Part shown: positions 9,958 to 21,993 of the stretch, in pieces
How positions within the stretch are numbered: position 1 is the stretch's first letter
Layout: each line of letters starts with the position of its first letter
Assembly: GCA_038146865.1 (NCBI GenBank)
Contig: JAYQSL010000001.1
Coordinates: 82,157-146,156 of the forward strand
DNA length: 64,000 nt
From: Rhodospirillaceae bacterium
Lineage (GTDB): Bacteria > Pseudomonadota > Alphaproteobacteria > MPNO01 > UBA2964
Direction of reading: 5' to 3'
Translations under genes and position numbers: made by a program
The notes under the pieces: model-generated
What the model was told of the DNA's origin: nothing
Databases searched by the model: none
Seen by the model: the letters and a program-made list of their open reading frames with translations, nothing else

Positions 9958-11499
9958 TTAGCCTTTTTTCAGGTCTCTAAATTTTGAGACCGATACCACA
10001 CCTGTTAAAACCGCAATGAGGCCGTAAGAGAACATGCACGCAATGATAAGGATTCCCAGAGCGACACATCTCTCAAGAAAGGTATCAGAGAACATGTCAC
10101 TCATTACCCAGCGCCCGAAAAACAAGACGACCAACATTCCAGCAGAGGAAAGGGAAATTCCCAAAAGACCCCAACCCAATCTTGCCTCAAATTTCAAAAA
10201 CTTCCGCCTCGTCAGAGCTGCCCATAGCAAAGCAACACTCGCCCAAGCGGAGATGGAAGTAGCCAGGGCAATCCCCACATGGTCAAAAAATTGTACGAAT
10301 ATGATACTTAAAACAAGGTTGGCAATCACACAAACACCTGCAATTTTAACAGGTGTTACTGTATCTCCCCGGGCAAAAAACCCGGGTGCGAGCACTTTGA
10401 TCAAGAAATAAGCAGGCAATCCGGGCGCATAAGCCGATAAGGCTAACGCGGTGGCCTTCGAGGCAGCAACATCAAAGGCTCCTCGCTGAAACAAAAGTTC
10501 AACAATCGGACTGGATAAAAACAACAAGCCCAATCCAGCAGGAACTGAAAAAACTAGGCCTAATTCAACAGATCTATTCATTGTCTCTGCTGCGGATACG
10601 TTATCACCTTGGCTGATTTGACGGGTCAGGACAGGCAAAATCACCGTGCCGATAGCAACCCCTATTACGCCAAGTGGCAACTGCGTTAGTCTGTCCGCGT
10701 AAAAAAGAAAGGAAACTGACCCTATGGGCAAGAACGAAGCGATAAAAATTCCGAGTAAAGAATTAATTTGAATAATGCCAGCGCCGATAGCACCCGGAAC
10801 AATCAATCTGAATAGACGCTTAATTTGAGGCGTTAACTTGGGCCGGCGCAATAAAAACACCATGTCTATTTGTCGACAGGCAATTATAAGCCATAAAAAC
10901 TGTATAACTCCTGCGAGGGCGACCCCCCAGGCTAGACCGTGCCCGGGCGTTTCGAACAGCGGTGATAGAATAAGAAGACCGCCAATCAGACAAATATTGA
11001 ATATTATCGGCGTAGATGCAGCTGCGGCAAATTTATTAAACGAATTTAAAACTCCTCCGAGCAGGGCGACCAAGGAGACAAAAAGCAGATAAGGAAAAGT
11101 AATCCTAGTCAGATCAATAGCTAAATTAAACCTAGCAGGGTCGTCAGCAAATCCTGGAGCAAAAGCATACATCAAGAAAGGCATGGCAATTTGTATCAAT
11201 GATATGAAGCCTAAAAGCGTGAGGATCATTACAGAGAGCACTGAAGATGCAAATTCTCGGGCGCTAGATTTTCCATCCTTAGAAACTACACGACCAAATA
11301 AGGGAATAAATGCTGCGTTAAATGCCCCTTCCGCTGTTAAACTCCGAAAAAAATTTGGGAGCTTTAAGGCTACAAAAAAAGCATCCGCCACCGGACCGGC
11401 CCCCAATAAAGCCGCGATCAAAATATCTCTCAGGAACCCAAGAATGCGGCTTAACATCGTCAACATGCTAACCGTGGCGATATTTTTAAAAAAATTCAT
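9958..11499 (-). CDS. murJ: Lipid II flippase MurJ (MviN).
   Basis: 513 aa polytopic. N-terminus ...[19 protein letters not shown] is typical of MurJ. Conserved trpS-murJ-glnD-mutS order. Confidence 0.85.
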   Translation of the reverse strand: MNFFKNIATVSMLTMLSRILGFLRDILIAALLGAGPVADAFFVALKLPNFFRSLTAEGAFNAAFIPLFGRVVSKDGKSSAREFASSVLSVMILTLLGFISLIQIAMPFLMYAFAPGFADDPARFNLAIDLTRITFPYLLFVSLVALLGGVLNSFNKFAAAASTPIIFNICLIGGLLILSPLFETPGHGLAWGVALAGVIQFLWLIIACRQIDMVFLLRRPKLTPQIKRLFRLIVPGAIGAGIIQINSLLGIFIASFLPIGSVSFLFYADRLTQLPLGVIGVAIGTVILPVLTRQISQGDNVSAAETMNRSVELGLVFSVPAGLGLLFLSSPIVELLFQRGAFDVAASKATALALSAYAPGLPAYFLIKVLAPGFFARGDTVTPVKIAGVCVIANLVLSIIFVQFFDHVGIALATSISAWASVALLWAALTRRKFLKFEARLGWGLLGISLSSAGMLVVLFFGRWVMSDMFSDTFLERCVALGILIIACMFSYGLIAVLTGVVSVSKFRDLKKG

Positions 11500-11595
11500 T
11501 AATACTAATCGTCTCTTTCTTAGCTGTTACAGACACGCGTGATGCTTTTCTTACCCTCACAGCCAAGCTGTCCCACTGGAACTAAATTATTTCAG

Positions 11596-14136
11596 TTACA
11601 ATTGATCATGGTGGCCAGACTTGATCGCGAGGGTTTCTTGGATGCCATTTTTAACTTGCTCTAATTTGCGCTCATTAGTGATTTGCATTCCGTAGACGTC
11701 CTTGACGTAAAAAATATCAACCACTCTCTCGCCATATGTTGTAACTAAGGCACTTGAGATTTGCAGCCCCAAGTCAGCAAGTTTCCGTGTGACATCATGC
11801 AAAAAGCCTGGGCGATCGCTACCGTTGATTTCTACAACTGAATGCGTTCTGCTAGCGCTGTTATTTACTAAAACCCTTGGAGCCACCAAAAAAACATTTT
11901 CTCGGCCACCAAAATTTGACTTTTCCCTCAGGTTTGCACCGGGGCTCCACTCTCCCCTCAACGCTGACTCTATTTTTTCAATTAAACGTTTAAGATCACT
12001 CTCACCCGAGAACGCTCCACCACTTGTTTCCTGTATCGTAAAAATATCGAGAGCCATCCCGTTTGCCATTGTAAAAATCTTGGCCCCAACGATGTTCCCT
12101 CCGAGGACAGCAATCGCCCCTGCGATTGTAGAAAAAAGTCCGGGATGATCTGGGGTATGAATTGTAATCTCCGTTACATTATTGATACCAGCTGCATTCG
12201 CTGAAATTTTTATCGGTTCACCATCGTGGATGGCCGCTGAAATAAGATCGGCATTGCGGCGATGGGCATCAGCATCTAACGAAAGCCAATAGGAAGGATA
12301 ACCAAGGGCAAGCACTTCTTCAATTTTGGCATCCTCCCAACCATCGCAACGCAAACTGCCCGCGAGGGCTCCGCGCGCATTCTCCACCCTGACATTGGTT
12401 CCCGAAGATTCGTGACCTCCAGAAAGGTATGATTCGGCTGCATAGTAAAGCTCTCGCAGCAGTGACGCTTTCCAGTTATTCCAAACATTAGGCCCAACCG
12501 CCCTAATATCTGCGACCGTTAAACAAAGTAAAAGTCTCAGACGCTCTAACGACTGCACTTGTTCAACAAAGTCCACGATTGTCTTTGGGTCAATCAAATC
12601 CCGATGGAAGGCTATGTGACTCATCAGCAAATGATATCGAACTAACCATTCCACTGTCTCCGTCTCCTCCGAGGTTAAACCCAGCCTGGGACAAATTTGT
12701 CGAGACACTTCGGCGCCCAAAACTGAATGATCCCCTCCCCGTCCTTTCGCGATATCGTGAAAAAGCATCGCAACGAAAAGTGCGCGTCTCGAGACCACTC
12801 TTTGCATCGCTTCAGTCGCAACGGGCATATCTTCTTTGTACTTCCCTTGCTCTATTCCCTGCAAAATGCCAATAGCAAATATGGTGTGCTCATCAACCGT
12901 GTACACATGGTACATATCGTGTTGCATCTGAGCGACTACCCGCCCGAAGTCGGGCAAGAAGCGTCCAAAAACTCCCGCCTCATTTAATCGCCTTAAGGTA
13001 ATCTCAGAGCCGCTCTCGGCGGTGAGCATATCGATAAAGTATTTATTGGCTTCTTCATCCTCTCTTATTCGATCGACAGCTCTCAAATGCCGTGTAATGA
13101 GCCTTAAAGCACGAGGGTGGATATCTCGTTTGTGCTTTTGCGCTACTCGAAACAACCTAAGGATTTTTATCGGCTCGTTGATGAGCTCGGCACCAGAGGA
13201 CACCGTAAGTCGGCCACTCTCAATCTTAAAGCCATCGATTTCTCGGCGAAAGAAATCTCTGGCTCTGAAGGGGAAGGCATTCCAGCGCTTTTGTTCAGCT
13301 TCAAGCGCTGCACAGAATATTCTTGTAAGATCTCCAACTTCTTTCGCGGTCAAATAGTAATGCTTCATGAACCTCTCAACGCCAAGCGTTCCTGCATGGT
13401 CCCGATAGCCCATCCTTCGACCAATTTCTGCCTGAACATCAAAAGTCAAGCGATCTTCACCTCGCCCTGCGATATAGTGAAGATGAGATCTTATGGTCCA
13501 AAGAAAGTTTTGTGCTTTGGAAAACCGTTTTACCTCATTAGCATTTAGCACTCCTTCGTTAAGCAACTCTCCTACAGACTCGACTTGATAGAGGTATTTG
13601 GCTATCCAAAATAACGTATGAAGATCTCTGAGCCCCCCCTTGCCCTCTTTGATATTTGGTTCCAAAACATATCTCGAGTCTCCCATACGAACATGCCGCT
13701 TATCGCGTTCATCCAATTTTGCCTCTGCAAATTTTGGCCCTGATTCTGCAACTACATTTTTTTTAAATGTGCGTCGCATCTCATTAAATAGTTTTTTGTT
13801 TCCCCAAAGAAAGCGTGACTCAAGCAGTGCCGTGCGTATGGTGATGTCTTCCTGGGAAAGTCTTAGAACTTCTTGGACATTTCTGGTCGCATGCCCAACC
13901 TTAAGACCCAAATCCCACAAGAGATACAATGTTGACTCAATGATTTGCTCTACCCGCGGCGTGAGCCGATATGGAAGCAAAAACATTAAATCAACATCTG
14001 AAAAGGGGGCCAATTCGCCTCTTCCATACCCCCCGGTACAGACAACGCAAATCCGTTCTCCAGATGTTGGCTCAGCGGTGGGATATATTTTTTTAGTCGT
14101 AATTGTGAGAGCAAACTGCAAGAGCTGATCGATCAA
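11596..14136 (-). CDS. glnD: [Protein-PII] uridylyltransferase/uridylyl-removing enzyme GlnD. It starts at TTG and is N-terminally short; the missing N-terminal codons appear upstream, behind an in-frame TGA at 14218..14220 (see findings).
   Basis: 846 aa with an NT domain (GGYGRGELAPFSDVDLMFL), an HD domain (HDIAKGRGGDH) and two C-terminal ACT domains. Confidence 0.85.
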   Translation of the reverse strand: MIDQLLQFALTITTKKIYPTAEPTSGERICVVCTGGYGRGELAPFSDVDLMFLLPYRLTPRVEQIIESTLYLLWDLGLKVGHATRNVQEVLRLSQEDITIRTALLESRFLWGNKKLFNEMRRTFKKNVVAESGPKFAEAKLDERDKRHVRMGDSRYVLEPNIKEGKGGLRDLHTLFWIAKYLYQVESVGELLNEGVLNANEVKRFSKAQNFLWTIRSHLHYIAGRGEDRLTFDVQAEIGRRMGYRDHAGTLGVERFMKHYYLTAKEVGDLTRIFCAALEAEQKRWNAFPFRARDFFRREIDGFKIESGRLTVSSGAELINEPIKILRLFRVAQKHKRDIHPRALRLITRHLRAVDRIREDEEANKYFIDMLTAESGSEITLRRLNEAGVFGRFLPDFGRVVAQMQHDMYHVYTVDEHTIFAIGILQGIEQGKYKEDMPVATEAMQRVVSRRALFVAMLFHDIAKGRGGDHSVLGAEVSRQICPRLGLTSEETETVEWLVRYHLLMSHIAFHRDLIDPKTIVDFVEQVQSLERLRLLLCLTVADIRAVGPNVWNNWKASLLRELYYAAESYLSGGHESSGTNVRVENARGALAGSLRCDGWEDAKIEEVLALGYPSYWLSLDADAHRRNADLISAAIHDGEPIKISANAAGINNVTEITIHTPDHPGLFSTIAGAIAVLGGNIVGAKIFTMANGMALDIFTIQETSGGAFSGESDLKRLIEKIESALRGEWSPGANLREKSNFGGRENVFLVAPRVLVNNSASRTHSVVEINGSDRPGFLHDVTRKLADLGLQISSALVTTYGERVVDIFYVKDVYGMQITNERKLEQVKNGIQETLAIKSGHHDQL

Positions 14137-14450
14137 ATAAGAGTTGGAACAAACGTTAGTCTCACCGGTTTCATCTTCTTCCTCAAACCGACGCTTTATT
14201 TCCTCTCGCCCGCTCGGTCAATGCACCTTTGCAAATCTCAAATAACCGTCCACGTGCATCTCCAGCTTCTTGCCCCTCTGACCAGCCCTGATCGAAAGAC
14301 AGAAACAAGCGATCAACGTTTATGATCTCTTTAGGTTTAACTAGGGTAGGCATTTATTTGCCAACATATAGTTTTCGTCCGCTGCTATGTTGAATATTGT
14401 ATCGTAGTACCGGATAAAATGTCCTGAGTAATCGGTAAGAAAAATTAATT

Positions 14451-17144
14451 TTATCTCAATATTTTTCTAATGCGATAAACAAGCTCGAGAGCCTCGAGCG
14501 GCGAAAGCAGATCAGGTTCAATACTATTCAGAATTTCTTCAATCTCGGTATTTTTTTTTGTTTCTAACGTCTTCTTCTCAATAGTTTGATTAAATAATGG
14601 TAGTTCCTCAGTGAGCTTTGTCAGAGAATTAGCCTGAGGATCTGACTCCAAGACCGCAAGAACTTCCTGCGCTCGGTTTACAACACTGGTCGGCAATCCT
14701 GCTAATTTTCCAACATGTATGCCATATGACCGATCAGAACAACCAGAGATTACTTCATGAAGAAACACGACTTCCTGCTTCCATTCCTTTACCCTCATCG
14801 TGTGACACTCCAAAGCAGAAAGCTGGTCCATTAGTGCGGTGAGTTCATGATAATGAGTTGCAAAAATTGCTCGACATTTAGTGACGTTATGAATGTGTTC
14901 TAACACTGCCCAGGCAATCGATAGGCCATCGAAGGTCGCGGTCCCCCGACCAATCTCGTCTAAAATAACAAGAGAATTTTTAGTGGCCTGATTTAAGATC
15001 GTGGAGGTCTCTATCATCTCCATCATAAAGGTAGAGCGTCCTCTCGCTAGATCATCCGCAGCACCTACGCGACTAAATACCCGATCAACAATTCCTATAT
15101 CTGCTCTCTCTGCAGGCACAAAAGATCCAGCCTGAGCTAATATCACTATTATTGCGTTCTGGCGGAGAAAGGTGCTTTTTCCCGCCATATTTGGACCAGT
15201 TAAAAGCCACAGCCTCCTCTGTTCATTTAAAACGCAATCGTTAGGAATAAAACTATTCTGACCATTGGCCTCAAGAACGTGTTCAACTACCGGATGACGG
15301 CCCCCTTTGACAGAGAAGGTAGTATCAGCTGAGAGATTTGGCCGGATAAAATTTTTTGAAGTGGCTAAAGACGCAAGGGAAAAAACAACATCTATGCAAG
15401 CAAGTGCCCCAGCTGCACGACTAATCTCTTCTGCATGATCCATGACATTTTTTACGAGCTTTTTAAAAATACTTTGCTCTAGAGAGCAAGCCTCATCTGC
15501 GGCCCTAGAAATCTTTGTGTCGAGATCAGATAATTCTGGTGTCGTAAATCGGATTACATTAGCTAAAGATTGTCGATGAATGAACTTACTCTCGGACGAT
15601 TTGAGTATTTTGTCCGCGTTAAATGATGTGACTTCTACAAAGTATCCAATAGCATTGTTGTGCTTAATTTTTAGCGAATTAATGCCCGTGCTTTTGGCAT
15701 AATCGACCTGCATTCCAATAATAAACTCTCGGCTCGAATCTCTAAGGTCCAGCAATTTATCTAGTTCTTGAGAGAAGCCTCTCGCAATAAAGCCGCCATC
15801 CCGATAACTAACGGGCAAACTATGCCCAAGGGCCCGGTTCAAAATATCAATAAGATTCTCAAAGCCGCCGAGCTTCTCAATCTCCGATTTCAATAAATCT
15901 GGTAAGGGGCTCGGGTAAACGGGTTCCACAAATAACTTTTGGATCGCGAGACTTTTTTCCAGACCATCACGTATTACTGCCAGGTCCCTGGGACCCCCGC
16001 GATCAAGAGCCAAACGTGACAAAGAACGTGCTATATCTGGACATCCCCTCAGCGATGAGGCTAGGGACTCGCGACAACCACTAGAAATCATTAACCACCC
16101 AACCGCATCGTGGCGGTCAATGATTTTTGATAAATCGGCAAGAGGAGCACTTACCCACTCGCTAAGAAGCCTACCTCCAGCTCCCGTAAGGGTATAATCG
16201 ATAATGGACAATAAAGAACCTTTGCGCTCGCCCGATAATGTTCTGGTAATTTCCAAATTACGCCGCGTCGCTGAGTCTATTTCCATGATCGTCCTATTGG
16301 AAAATCGCATGAGCGGATTAAGACGAGGCAATCGACCCTTCTGAGTGATATTGGTGTATTCCAAAAGGGCCCCAGCAGCAGATATTTCCGCCCGGCTAAA
16401 CTCCCCAAATACTTCCAAAGACTCTACCTTGTACGCAGCCTGGAGCCTTAGCCTCCCAGCCTCGCTGTCAAATTGGGCGTTGGGTAGTGGCGTGATTACG
16501 TCCTTAAACTCCAACAAAAAATCCTGCTCAGATTTTTGATCTAAAAGTGTCTGAGAAACAATAAGCTCGCCTGGCTCCACTCTTGCGAGCGCAGATAATA
16601 CATTAATCTCCTCGTCCGCCTGAACATGGAAAACCCCTGTTGAGATATCCAACCAGGCCAATCCAAATACTCCTCGGACAAGACTTAAAGCAGCGAGAAA
16701 ATTATTTTGATCTGACGCTAGAAGTTCGTCCTCTGTGAGGGTGCCTGGTGTTACGATGCGAACAACATCGCGCGCGACAACAGCTTTAGATCCACGTTTC
16801 TTTGCTTGGGCAGGGTCCTCAATTTGCTCGCATATCGCTACGCGATATCCTCTTCTTATCAGTCGAGCCAAATAGGAGCCAGAAGCATGGACCGGGACCC
16901 CGCACATTGGTATGTCAACTCCCTCATGCTTGCCTCTTTTGGTCAGGGCTATATCCAACGCCGATGATGCTTTAATGGCATCATCGAAAAAGAGTTCATA
17001 AAAATCTCCCATGCGATAGAAAAGCAAACAATCAGGATGAGACGCTTTTATAGCTAAAAATTGTCTCATCATTGGCGTAACAGTGTTATTGGGCGTTACT
17101 TTTGATCCTCTCCTGGAAGCATTTAAAGATGTCTGAGTCATCAA
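14451..17144 (-). CDS. mutS: DNA mismatch repair protein MutS.
   Basis: 897 aa. Walker [14 protein letters not shown]. MutS domains I-V. Confidence 0.9.
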   Translation of the reverse strand: MMTQTSLNASRRGSKVTPNNTVTPMMRQFLAIKASHPDCLLFYRMGDFYELFFDDAIKASSALDIALTKRGKHEGVDIPMCGVPVHASGSYLARLIRRGYRVAICEQIEDPAQAKKRGSKAVVARDVVRIVTPGTLTEDELLASDQNNFLAALSLVRGVFGLAWLDISTGVFHVQADEEINVLSALARVEPGELIVSQTLLDQKSEQDFLLEFKDVITPLPNAQFDSEAGRLRLQAAYKVESLEVFGEFSRAEISAAGALLEYTNITQKGRLPRLNPLMRFSNRTIMEIDSATRRNLEITRTLSGERKGSLLSIIDYTLTGAGGRLLSEWVSAPLADLSKIIDRHDAVGWLMISSGCRESLASSLRGCPDIARSLSRLALDRGGPRDLAVIRDGLEKSLAIQKLFVEPVYPSPLPDLLKSEIEKLGGFENLIDILNRALGHSLPVSYRDGGFIARGFSQELDKLLDLRDSSREFIIGMQVDYAKSTGINSLKIKHNNAIGYFVEVTSFNADKILKSSESKFIHRQSLANVIRFTTPELSDLDTKISRAADEACSLEQSIFKKLVKNVMDHAEEISRAAGALACIDVVFSLASLATSKNFIRPNLSADTTFSVKGGRHPVVEHVLEANGQNSFIPNDCVLNEQRRLWLLTGPNMAGKSTFLRQNAIIVILAQAGSFVPAERADIGIVDRVFSRVGAADDLARGRSTFMMEMIETSTILNQATKNSLVILDEIGRGTATFDGLSIAWAVLEHIHNVTKCRAIFATHYHELTALMDQLSALECHTMRVKEWKQEVVFLHEVISGCSDRSYGIHVGKLAGLPTSVVNRAQEVLAVLESDPQANSLTKLTEELPLFNQTIEKKTLETKKNTEIEEILNSIEPDLLSPLEALELVYRIRKILR

Positions 17145-17276
17145 TATAGACTATCACCCACAAGCATAGGTCGTCATCATTTTGCATAACCAGAAGACTA
17201 AGATTTGACAGAGGCTCTTGCGTTTCTGACAGCTAGACAGCAAAGTCGAGGCAAAATTACATTTGAAATAAAGACC

Positions 17277-18638
17277 ATGGTAGATAGTGAACAAAATAAT
17301 CCTGAAAAACAGGAACCAAAAGTCAAACCAGACAGCGAGACCGGACAACTCTCTGACTTGGATAAAGAAGCATTGGCCCTTCACGCTACCTATCCCAGTG
17401 GCAAACTATCGATCGAAACTTCGAAGCCAATAAAAACCCAATATGATTTATCCCTGGCATATTCGCCGGGCGTTGCGGCACCATGTATGGAAATCGCAAA
17501 AAATCCGCCTTCCGTGTACGACTACACGAACAAGGGAAATATGGTCGCTGTGATTTCAAATGGAACTGCAGTATTGGGGCTCGGTAATTTGGGCGCCCTA
17601 GGTGCAAAGCCCGTAATGGAGGGCAAATGTGCTTTGTTCAAATGTTTTGCAGACGTAAATGCCATAGATATTGAAATCGACACCCCCGATGTGGATGAAT
17701 TCGTTAATTGCGTTCGCTATTTAGGGCCAGGATTTGGCGGCATTAATTTAGAGGACATTGCCGCACCTGCCTGTTTTATAATTGAAGAGCGTTTAAACGA
17801 ACTGTTAGACATTCCCGTATTTCACGATGACCAGCACGGGACTGCTGTAATCGCCACAGCGGGCCTTTTAAACGCGATAAAAATAACGGGCAGGGAGATC
17901 AGTTCAGTAAAAATCGTCGTCAATGGGGCTGGAGCAGCTTCGTTAGCTTGTCTCGATCTTTTCGTGGCATTGGGAATGCGACGGGAAAATATCATTCTTT
18001 GCGATTCACAGGGCGTTATTTTTCACGACCGTCCGGCGGGAATGAATCCTTGGAAATCTGCCTATGCTGCAAAAACAAATTTGAGGACCTTGGAAGAAGC
18101 ACTGGAGGGAGCGGATGTTTTCCTTGGTGTATCAGTTGCTGGCACTGTTACCCAAAAAATGGTCAAATCGATGGCAGACTCTCCAATAATTTTTGCCCTT
18201 GCTAATCCGGATCCCGAAATTTCTCCAGAAGAGGTCCTTTCAGTTCGAGATGATGCAATAATCGCGACCGGCCGCTCAGATTACCCCAATCAAATAAATA
18301 ATGTACTCGGGTTCCCGTATATTTTTCGTGGCGCGCTTGATGTTAGAGCGACATGCATCAACAATGAAATGAAAATTGCTGCCGCTATGGCCTTAGCAGA
18401 ATTAGCTGAACTTGAAGTCCCAGATGAAGTCACCAAGGCGTACCTTGGACGCCGCCTTAGTTTCGGAAAAAACTATCTTATCCCGACTCCATTTGATCCG
18501 CGCCTTATCACAACAGTGCCTTTAGCTGTTGCTGAAGCCGCCTTAAATACCGGGGTTGCAAGGATAAAGAGAAATAATTTGGGAGACTACCAGAAATCTC
18601 TTGCCGAAAGATCACTCTCCATAACTAGATACGAGTGA
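17277..18638 (+). CDS. maeB: NAD(P)-dependent malic enzyme, short form with no PTA-like C-terminal domain. The ORF also permits an upstream TTG start at 17205.
   Basis: Malic-enzyme N-terminal and NAD-binding domains (YSPGVAAPC, GAGAAS...). It ends at 477/453 aa, with no phosphotransacetylase-like extension. Confidence 0.75.
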   Translation: MVDSEQNNPEKQEPKVKPDSETGQLSDLDKEALALHATYPSGKLSIETSKPIKTQYDLSLAYSPGVAAPCMEIAKNPPSVYDYTNKGNMVAVISNGTAVLGLGNLGALGAKPVMEGKCALFKCFADVNAIDIEIDTPDVDEFVNCVRYLGPGFGGINLEDIAAPACFIIEERLNELLDIPVFHDDQHGTAVIATAGLLNAIKITGREISSVKIVVNGAGAASLACLDLFVALGMRRENIILCDSQGVIFHDRPAGMNPWKSAYAAKTNLRTLEEALEGADVFLGVSVAGTVTQKMVKSMADSPIIFALANPDPEISPEEVLSVRDDAIIATGRSDYPNQINNVLGFPYIFRGALDVRATCINNEMKIAAAMALAELAELEVPDEVTKAYLGRRLSFGKNYLIPTPFDPRLITTVPLAVAEAALNTGVARIKRNNLGDYQKSLAERSLSITRYE

Positions 18639-18871
18639 GACTTTCTCATAACAAACAACTAAAAATATAGCAGAATTTTACGAAACAGGTTTCAATCTTC
18701 ATCCGCCATAGACATCGGATATTATTGGGTAGCGGCAAGGACCTAACCTCAACGTATCGCAGAGAAAACCGGCAAATATACAATCGAATGCCGTCTTATT
18801 GCCTTACCTATTTCCATAGTAAGGACCAGGGCCCCGCAATAAATAAACCTCTGATTCATTGAACATTAAGA

Positions 18872-20134
18872 TTACTTACGATCATTAGATCCAACAGGAT
18901 AGCGTCGAATCCAAATCAATAAAATTATTCCAGGGACCGCCAGGACGCTAGTAGAAAGAAAAAACAAAACCCAACCAAGCTCTTCTGCAATAGCTCCAGA
19001 AGGGGCTGCCAATATGGTGCGCCCCAACGCCATAAAAGATGTAAGAAGCGCAAATTGAGTACCTGTAAATGATTTATGGCAGAGACCCGATAAGTACGCT
19101 ACCAGGGCTGTGGAACCCAAACCTCCCGCAAAATTATCGAAGCCTACTGCGACGCCAAGCAAATACACATCGGGTCCCGTTTTGGCGAGAAGAGCGAAGA
19201 AGATATTTGTGGCCGCCTGAAAAATACCGCCTATCAATAGTGCTGGCCAAACACCCAACCACGTAACCATAAGCCCTCCTGCAGCGATGCCGAAGACAGT
19301 CGCAGCCACTCCAAAAACCTTAGTAACTGATGCAATTTCCAGCGGGGCGAATCCCAATTGATCATAGAAGGGATTTGCCATAGCCCCAGCTATAGCATCT
19401 CCATATTTATAAAAGATAATAAACACTAAAACAAAGATGATCCCTGGTCGGCTCAATAATTCTGAAAAAGGCCGAAAGACGTTATTTTTGAAGTTTTTCA
19501 GAATGATGGCGCGGTTCTTTTCCGTTGATCTCGGTTGTGCCCTCGTCGGTAATTTTGGTTCGGGAGCTATTATTGCGGCCACAACACCAATCGCAACCAG
19601 GGCCGCCATGATGATATAAACCCAAAACCAACTGAGAATAGCTGAAAGCGCGATGGCACCGGCACCAGATACCAATAACCCCGCCCGGTATCCTATTTGC
19701 GTGCTCGCAGCCCCAGCACCTTGCTCTCTCTCTTCGAGAATTTCGATCCTGTAGGCATCGATGATTATATCTTGGCTTGCTGAGAGGAAGGCCATAATTA
19801 TAGCAGCAGAAGCCAGATAAGCTAAATTCTCGCGCGGATCACAGGATCCCAGTGTGATAATTGAAAGGATAAGAAGCAACTGGATCAACAACAACCAACT
19901 TCGTCGGCGACCCAGCCTTTTGGTAAAGATTGGTAAGCTCACAAGATCAAAAACAGGGGCCCATAAAAACTTAAGGGAATAAGGCGCGGACACAGCGACT
20001 AAGGCGCCGATCGCGCCTAACGGAACGCCTTCCCCTGACAACCAGTAGGATAAAGTCGAAAAGCCAAGCAGCAATGGAAGGCCACTTGAAAAACCCATCA
20101 ACAAAATGACTATTTGCCTTCTATCAGCAAACAC
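18872..20134 (-). CDS. ampG: AmpG-family MFS muropeptide permease.
   Basis: 420 aa, about 12 TM segments. N-terminal LLMGFSSGLPLLLGFSTLSYWL is typical of AmpG. Confidence 0.7.
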   Translation of the reverse strand: MFADRRQIVILLMGFSSGLPLLLGFSTLSYWLSGEGVPLGAIGALVAVSAPYSLKFLWAPVFDLVSLPIFTKRLGRRRSWLLLIQLLLILSIITLGSCDPRENLAYLASAAIIMAFLSASQDIIIDAYRIEILEEREQGAGAASTQIGYRAGLLVSGAGAIALSAILSWFWVYIIMAALVAIGVVAAIIAPEPKLPTRAQPRSTEKNRAIILKNFKNNVFRPFSELLSRPGIIFVLVFIIFYKYGDAIAGAMANPFYDQLGFAPLEIASVTKVFGVAATVFGIAAGGLMVTWLGVWPALLIGGIFQAATNIFFALLAKTGPDVYLLGVAVGFDNFAGGLGSTALVAYLSGLCHKSFTGTQFALLTSFMALGRTILAAPSGAIAEELGWVLFFLSTSVLAVPGIILLIWIRRYPVGSNDRK

Positions 20135-20169
20135 AAGAATGAAAGCCTCCCAATGTGAAAAGAGAGGAA

Positions 20170-21162
20170 TTATAGGCCTTTGTCTAATAATAATTGGGCC
20201 AGGGAGACCTCTGGACGTGCACCAAAATGACCTATGATTTCTGCTGCCGCCAACGCCCCGATCTTACCAGAGTCCTCGATTGAGCGGCCGTTTGTAATGC
20301 CAAATAAGAACCCCGCTGCAAAAAGGTCGCCTGCTCCTGTCGTATCTAGCACCTCTGAAAATAAGGCGGGTTTGATATCTACGATATCCGCACCGGAAAC
20401 TATACAAGCACCTCGAGCACCTCTGGTTAAAACAGCTATCTGACAATGGGAGCGAACAGCTGAAATTGCATCCTCAAAGCTTGTAGTTTCATAAAGCGCG
20501 CTTATCTCGCCCTCATTTGCAAACAAAATATCAACGTAGCCTTCGACAAGATCTAAAAATTCTGCACGATGCCTATCCACGCAAAAACTATCAGAGAGAG
20601 ACAGGGCAACCTGTCTTTCTGCAAGGTGTGCCGCTTCGGCTGCAAAGAAAAAAGCCTGTTTAGCTTCCGGCGGATCGAAAAGATAACCTTCCAAATAAGT
20701 GATTTGTGAAGTTCTAATCGCATCGACATCAACGTCCTCAGTCGATAAAAACGATGAAATCCCGAGATAGGTGGACATAGTGCGTTCCGCATCAGGCGTG
20801 ACAATTACCAAGCACCTCGCAGTGGACGGCCCCTCGGTTGCAGCTTGGGTCTTATAATCAACGCCAGTTTTTCGGATATCTCTTCGAAAGGTTTCACCCA
20901 GTGGATCATTTCTCACTTTTCCGATATAGGCAGCCCTACCGCCCAGAGAGGCAATGCCAGCCAGCGTATTCGCGGCAGACCCCCCAGAAACTTCTAAGTT
21001 CGGTGTTAGTGCGTCGTAGATTGCAGCTGCTTGATCCAGATCCACTAATTTCATCATGCCCTTTTCCAAATCGGCTGATTTCAAAAAGGCCTCATCTGCG
21101 GTAAAAATGACATCAACAATAGCATTACCTATGCCGATTACATCATTGGACGTACTGGACAT
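20170..21162 (-). CDS. PfkB-family carbohydrate/nucleoside kinase (adenosine-kinase-like).
   Basis: 330 aa. GG motif near the N-terminus and the C-terminal DTTGAGDLFAAGFLFG anion-hole motif. Confidence 0.65.
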   Translation of the reverse strand: MSSTSNDVIGIGNAIVDVIFTADEAFLKSADLEKGMMKLVDLDQAAAIYDALTPNLEVSGGSAANTLAGIASLGGRAAYIGKVRNDPLGETFRRDIRKTGVDYKTQAATEGPSTARCLVIVTPDAERTMSTYLGISSFLSTEDVDVDAIRTSQITYLEGYLFDPPEAKQAFFFAAEAAHLAERQVALSLSDSFCVDRHRAEFLDLVEGYVDILFANEGEISALYETTSFEDAISAVRSHCQIAVLTRGARGACIVSGADIVDIKPALFSEVLDTTGAGDLFAAGFLFGITNGRSIEDSGKIGALAAAEIIGHFGARPEVSLAQLLLDKGL

Positions 21163-21281
21163 TTAAAATCCCTTCTTCAGAAAACTTTTCCCTCTCTCCC
21201 ATAAATTCTGATATAATTCTAGTCTGCGTCTGACCTGAAACTGCGATTAATTGAATGTGACGGTGTAAAGGAATTAGGCCA

Positions 21282-21962
21282 ATGATAGCCGCACTCATCA
21301 AGTCAATTCAAAGTGCTTTCCACCCAGAATTTTTCCGCATCATCTTTAAAGCATTCCTGGGTAGTTTAGTCCTATTCGGCTTGCTCCTCACACTTACTTG
21401 GTACGGTCTCACTTTGATTAAACTCTTCGATATAGCTTGGCTCGAGACTCTATTGGACTCTATCAGTTGGTTAGGGATCGTAATCGTGTCGTGGTTCTTA
21501 TTTCCCGGAACAGTGATTATGGTGATGGGTTTTTTTATCGAAGACTTAGTAATGGAGGTGGAGAAGAAATACTATCCTGACTTAGACGAGAATTCCATCA
21601 AACCCCAGGGCAGTTTTATATGGTCCGGCTTTAAGTTCGGTCTGTTAACTTTATTAATAAACCTTGCCGCTCTGCCAATCCTATTAATATTTTTATTTCT
21701 TCCTCCTCTAAATATTTTTGTTTTCACAGCCGTAAATGGTTACCTTCTGGGGAGAGAGTATTTTGAATTGGTCTCATGCCGTCGATTACGGATGGAACAC
21801 ATTAGAAACCTCTGGAAACGCAATAGGGTCCAATTAATATTTTCTGGGATGGTTATTGCTTTTTTGTATAGTATCCCGGTAATAAATTTTCTAATGCCAG
21901 CTGTAGGGGTAGCCTTCATGGTTCACAATTTTCATCGTATTCGGCAAAAAGAAATAAATTAA
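21282..21962 (+). CDS. Polytopic inner-membrane protein of unknown function, possibly EI24/CysZ-like.
   Basis: 226 aa with 4-5 hydrophobic helices. No catalytic motif recognised. Confidence 0.35.
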   Translation: MIAALIKSIQSAFHPEFFRIIFKAFLGSLVLFGLLLTLTWYGLTLIKLFDIAWLETLLDSISWLGIVIVSWFLFPGTVIMVMGFFIEDLVMEVEKKYYPDLDENSIKPQGSFIWSGFKFGLLTLLINLAALPILLIFLFLPPLNIFVFTAVNGYLLGREYFELVSCRRLRMEHIRNLWKRNRVQLIFSGMVIAFLYSIPVINFLMPAVGVAFMVHNFHRIRQKEIN

Positions 21963-21993
21963 GTTATTTTTAATTTAAGTAAGGACACAAGCA

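Noticed and set aside
14218-14220. An in-frame TGA in glnD, considered as evidence of UGA-to-Trp recoding in a reduced alphaproteobacterium such as Hodgkinia.
   Set aside because: TGA is clearly used as a stop throughout the window (corC, hemH, lptE and others) and Trp is encoded by TGG everywhere. Recoding is not supported.
17154-17607. Small minus-strand ORFs (17154..17384 and 17386..17607) around the malic-enzyme 5' end.
   Set aside because: They overlap the mutS/maeB promoter region and the maeB coding start. No motifs, and codon usage is atypical.
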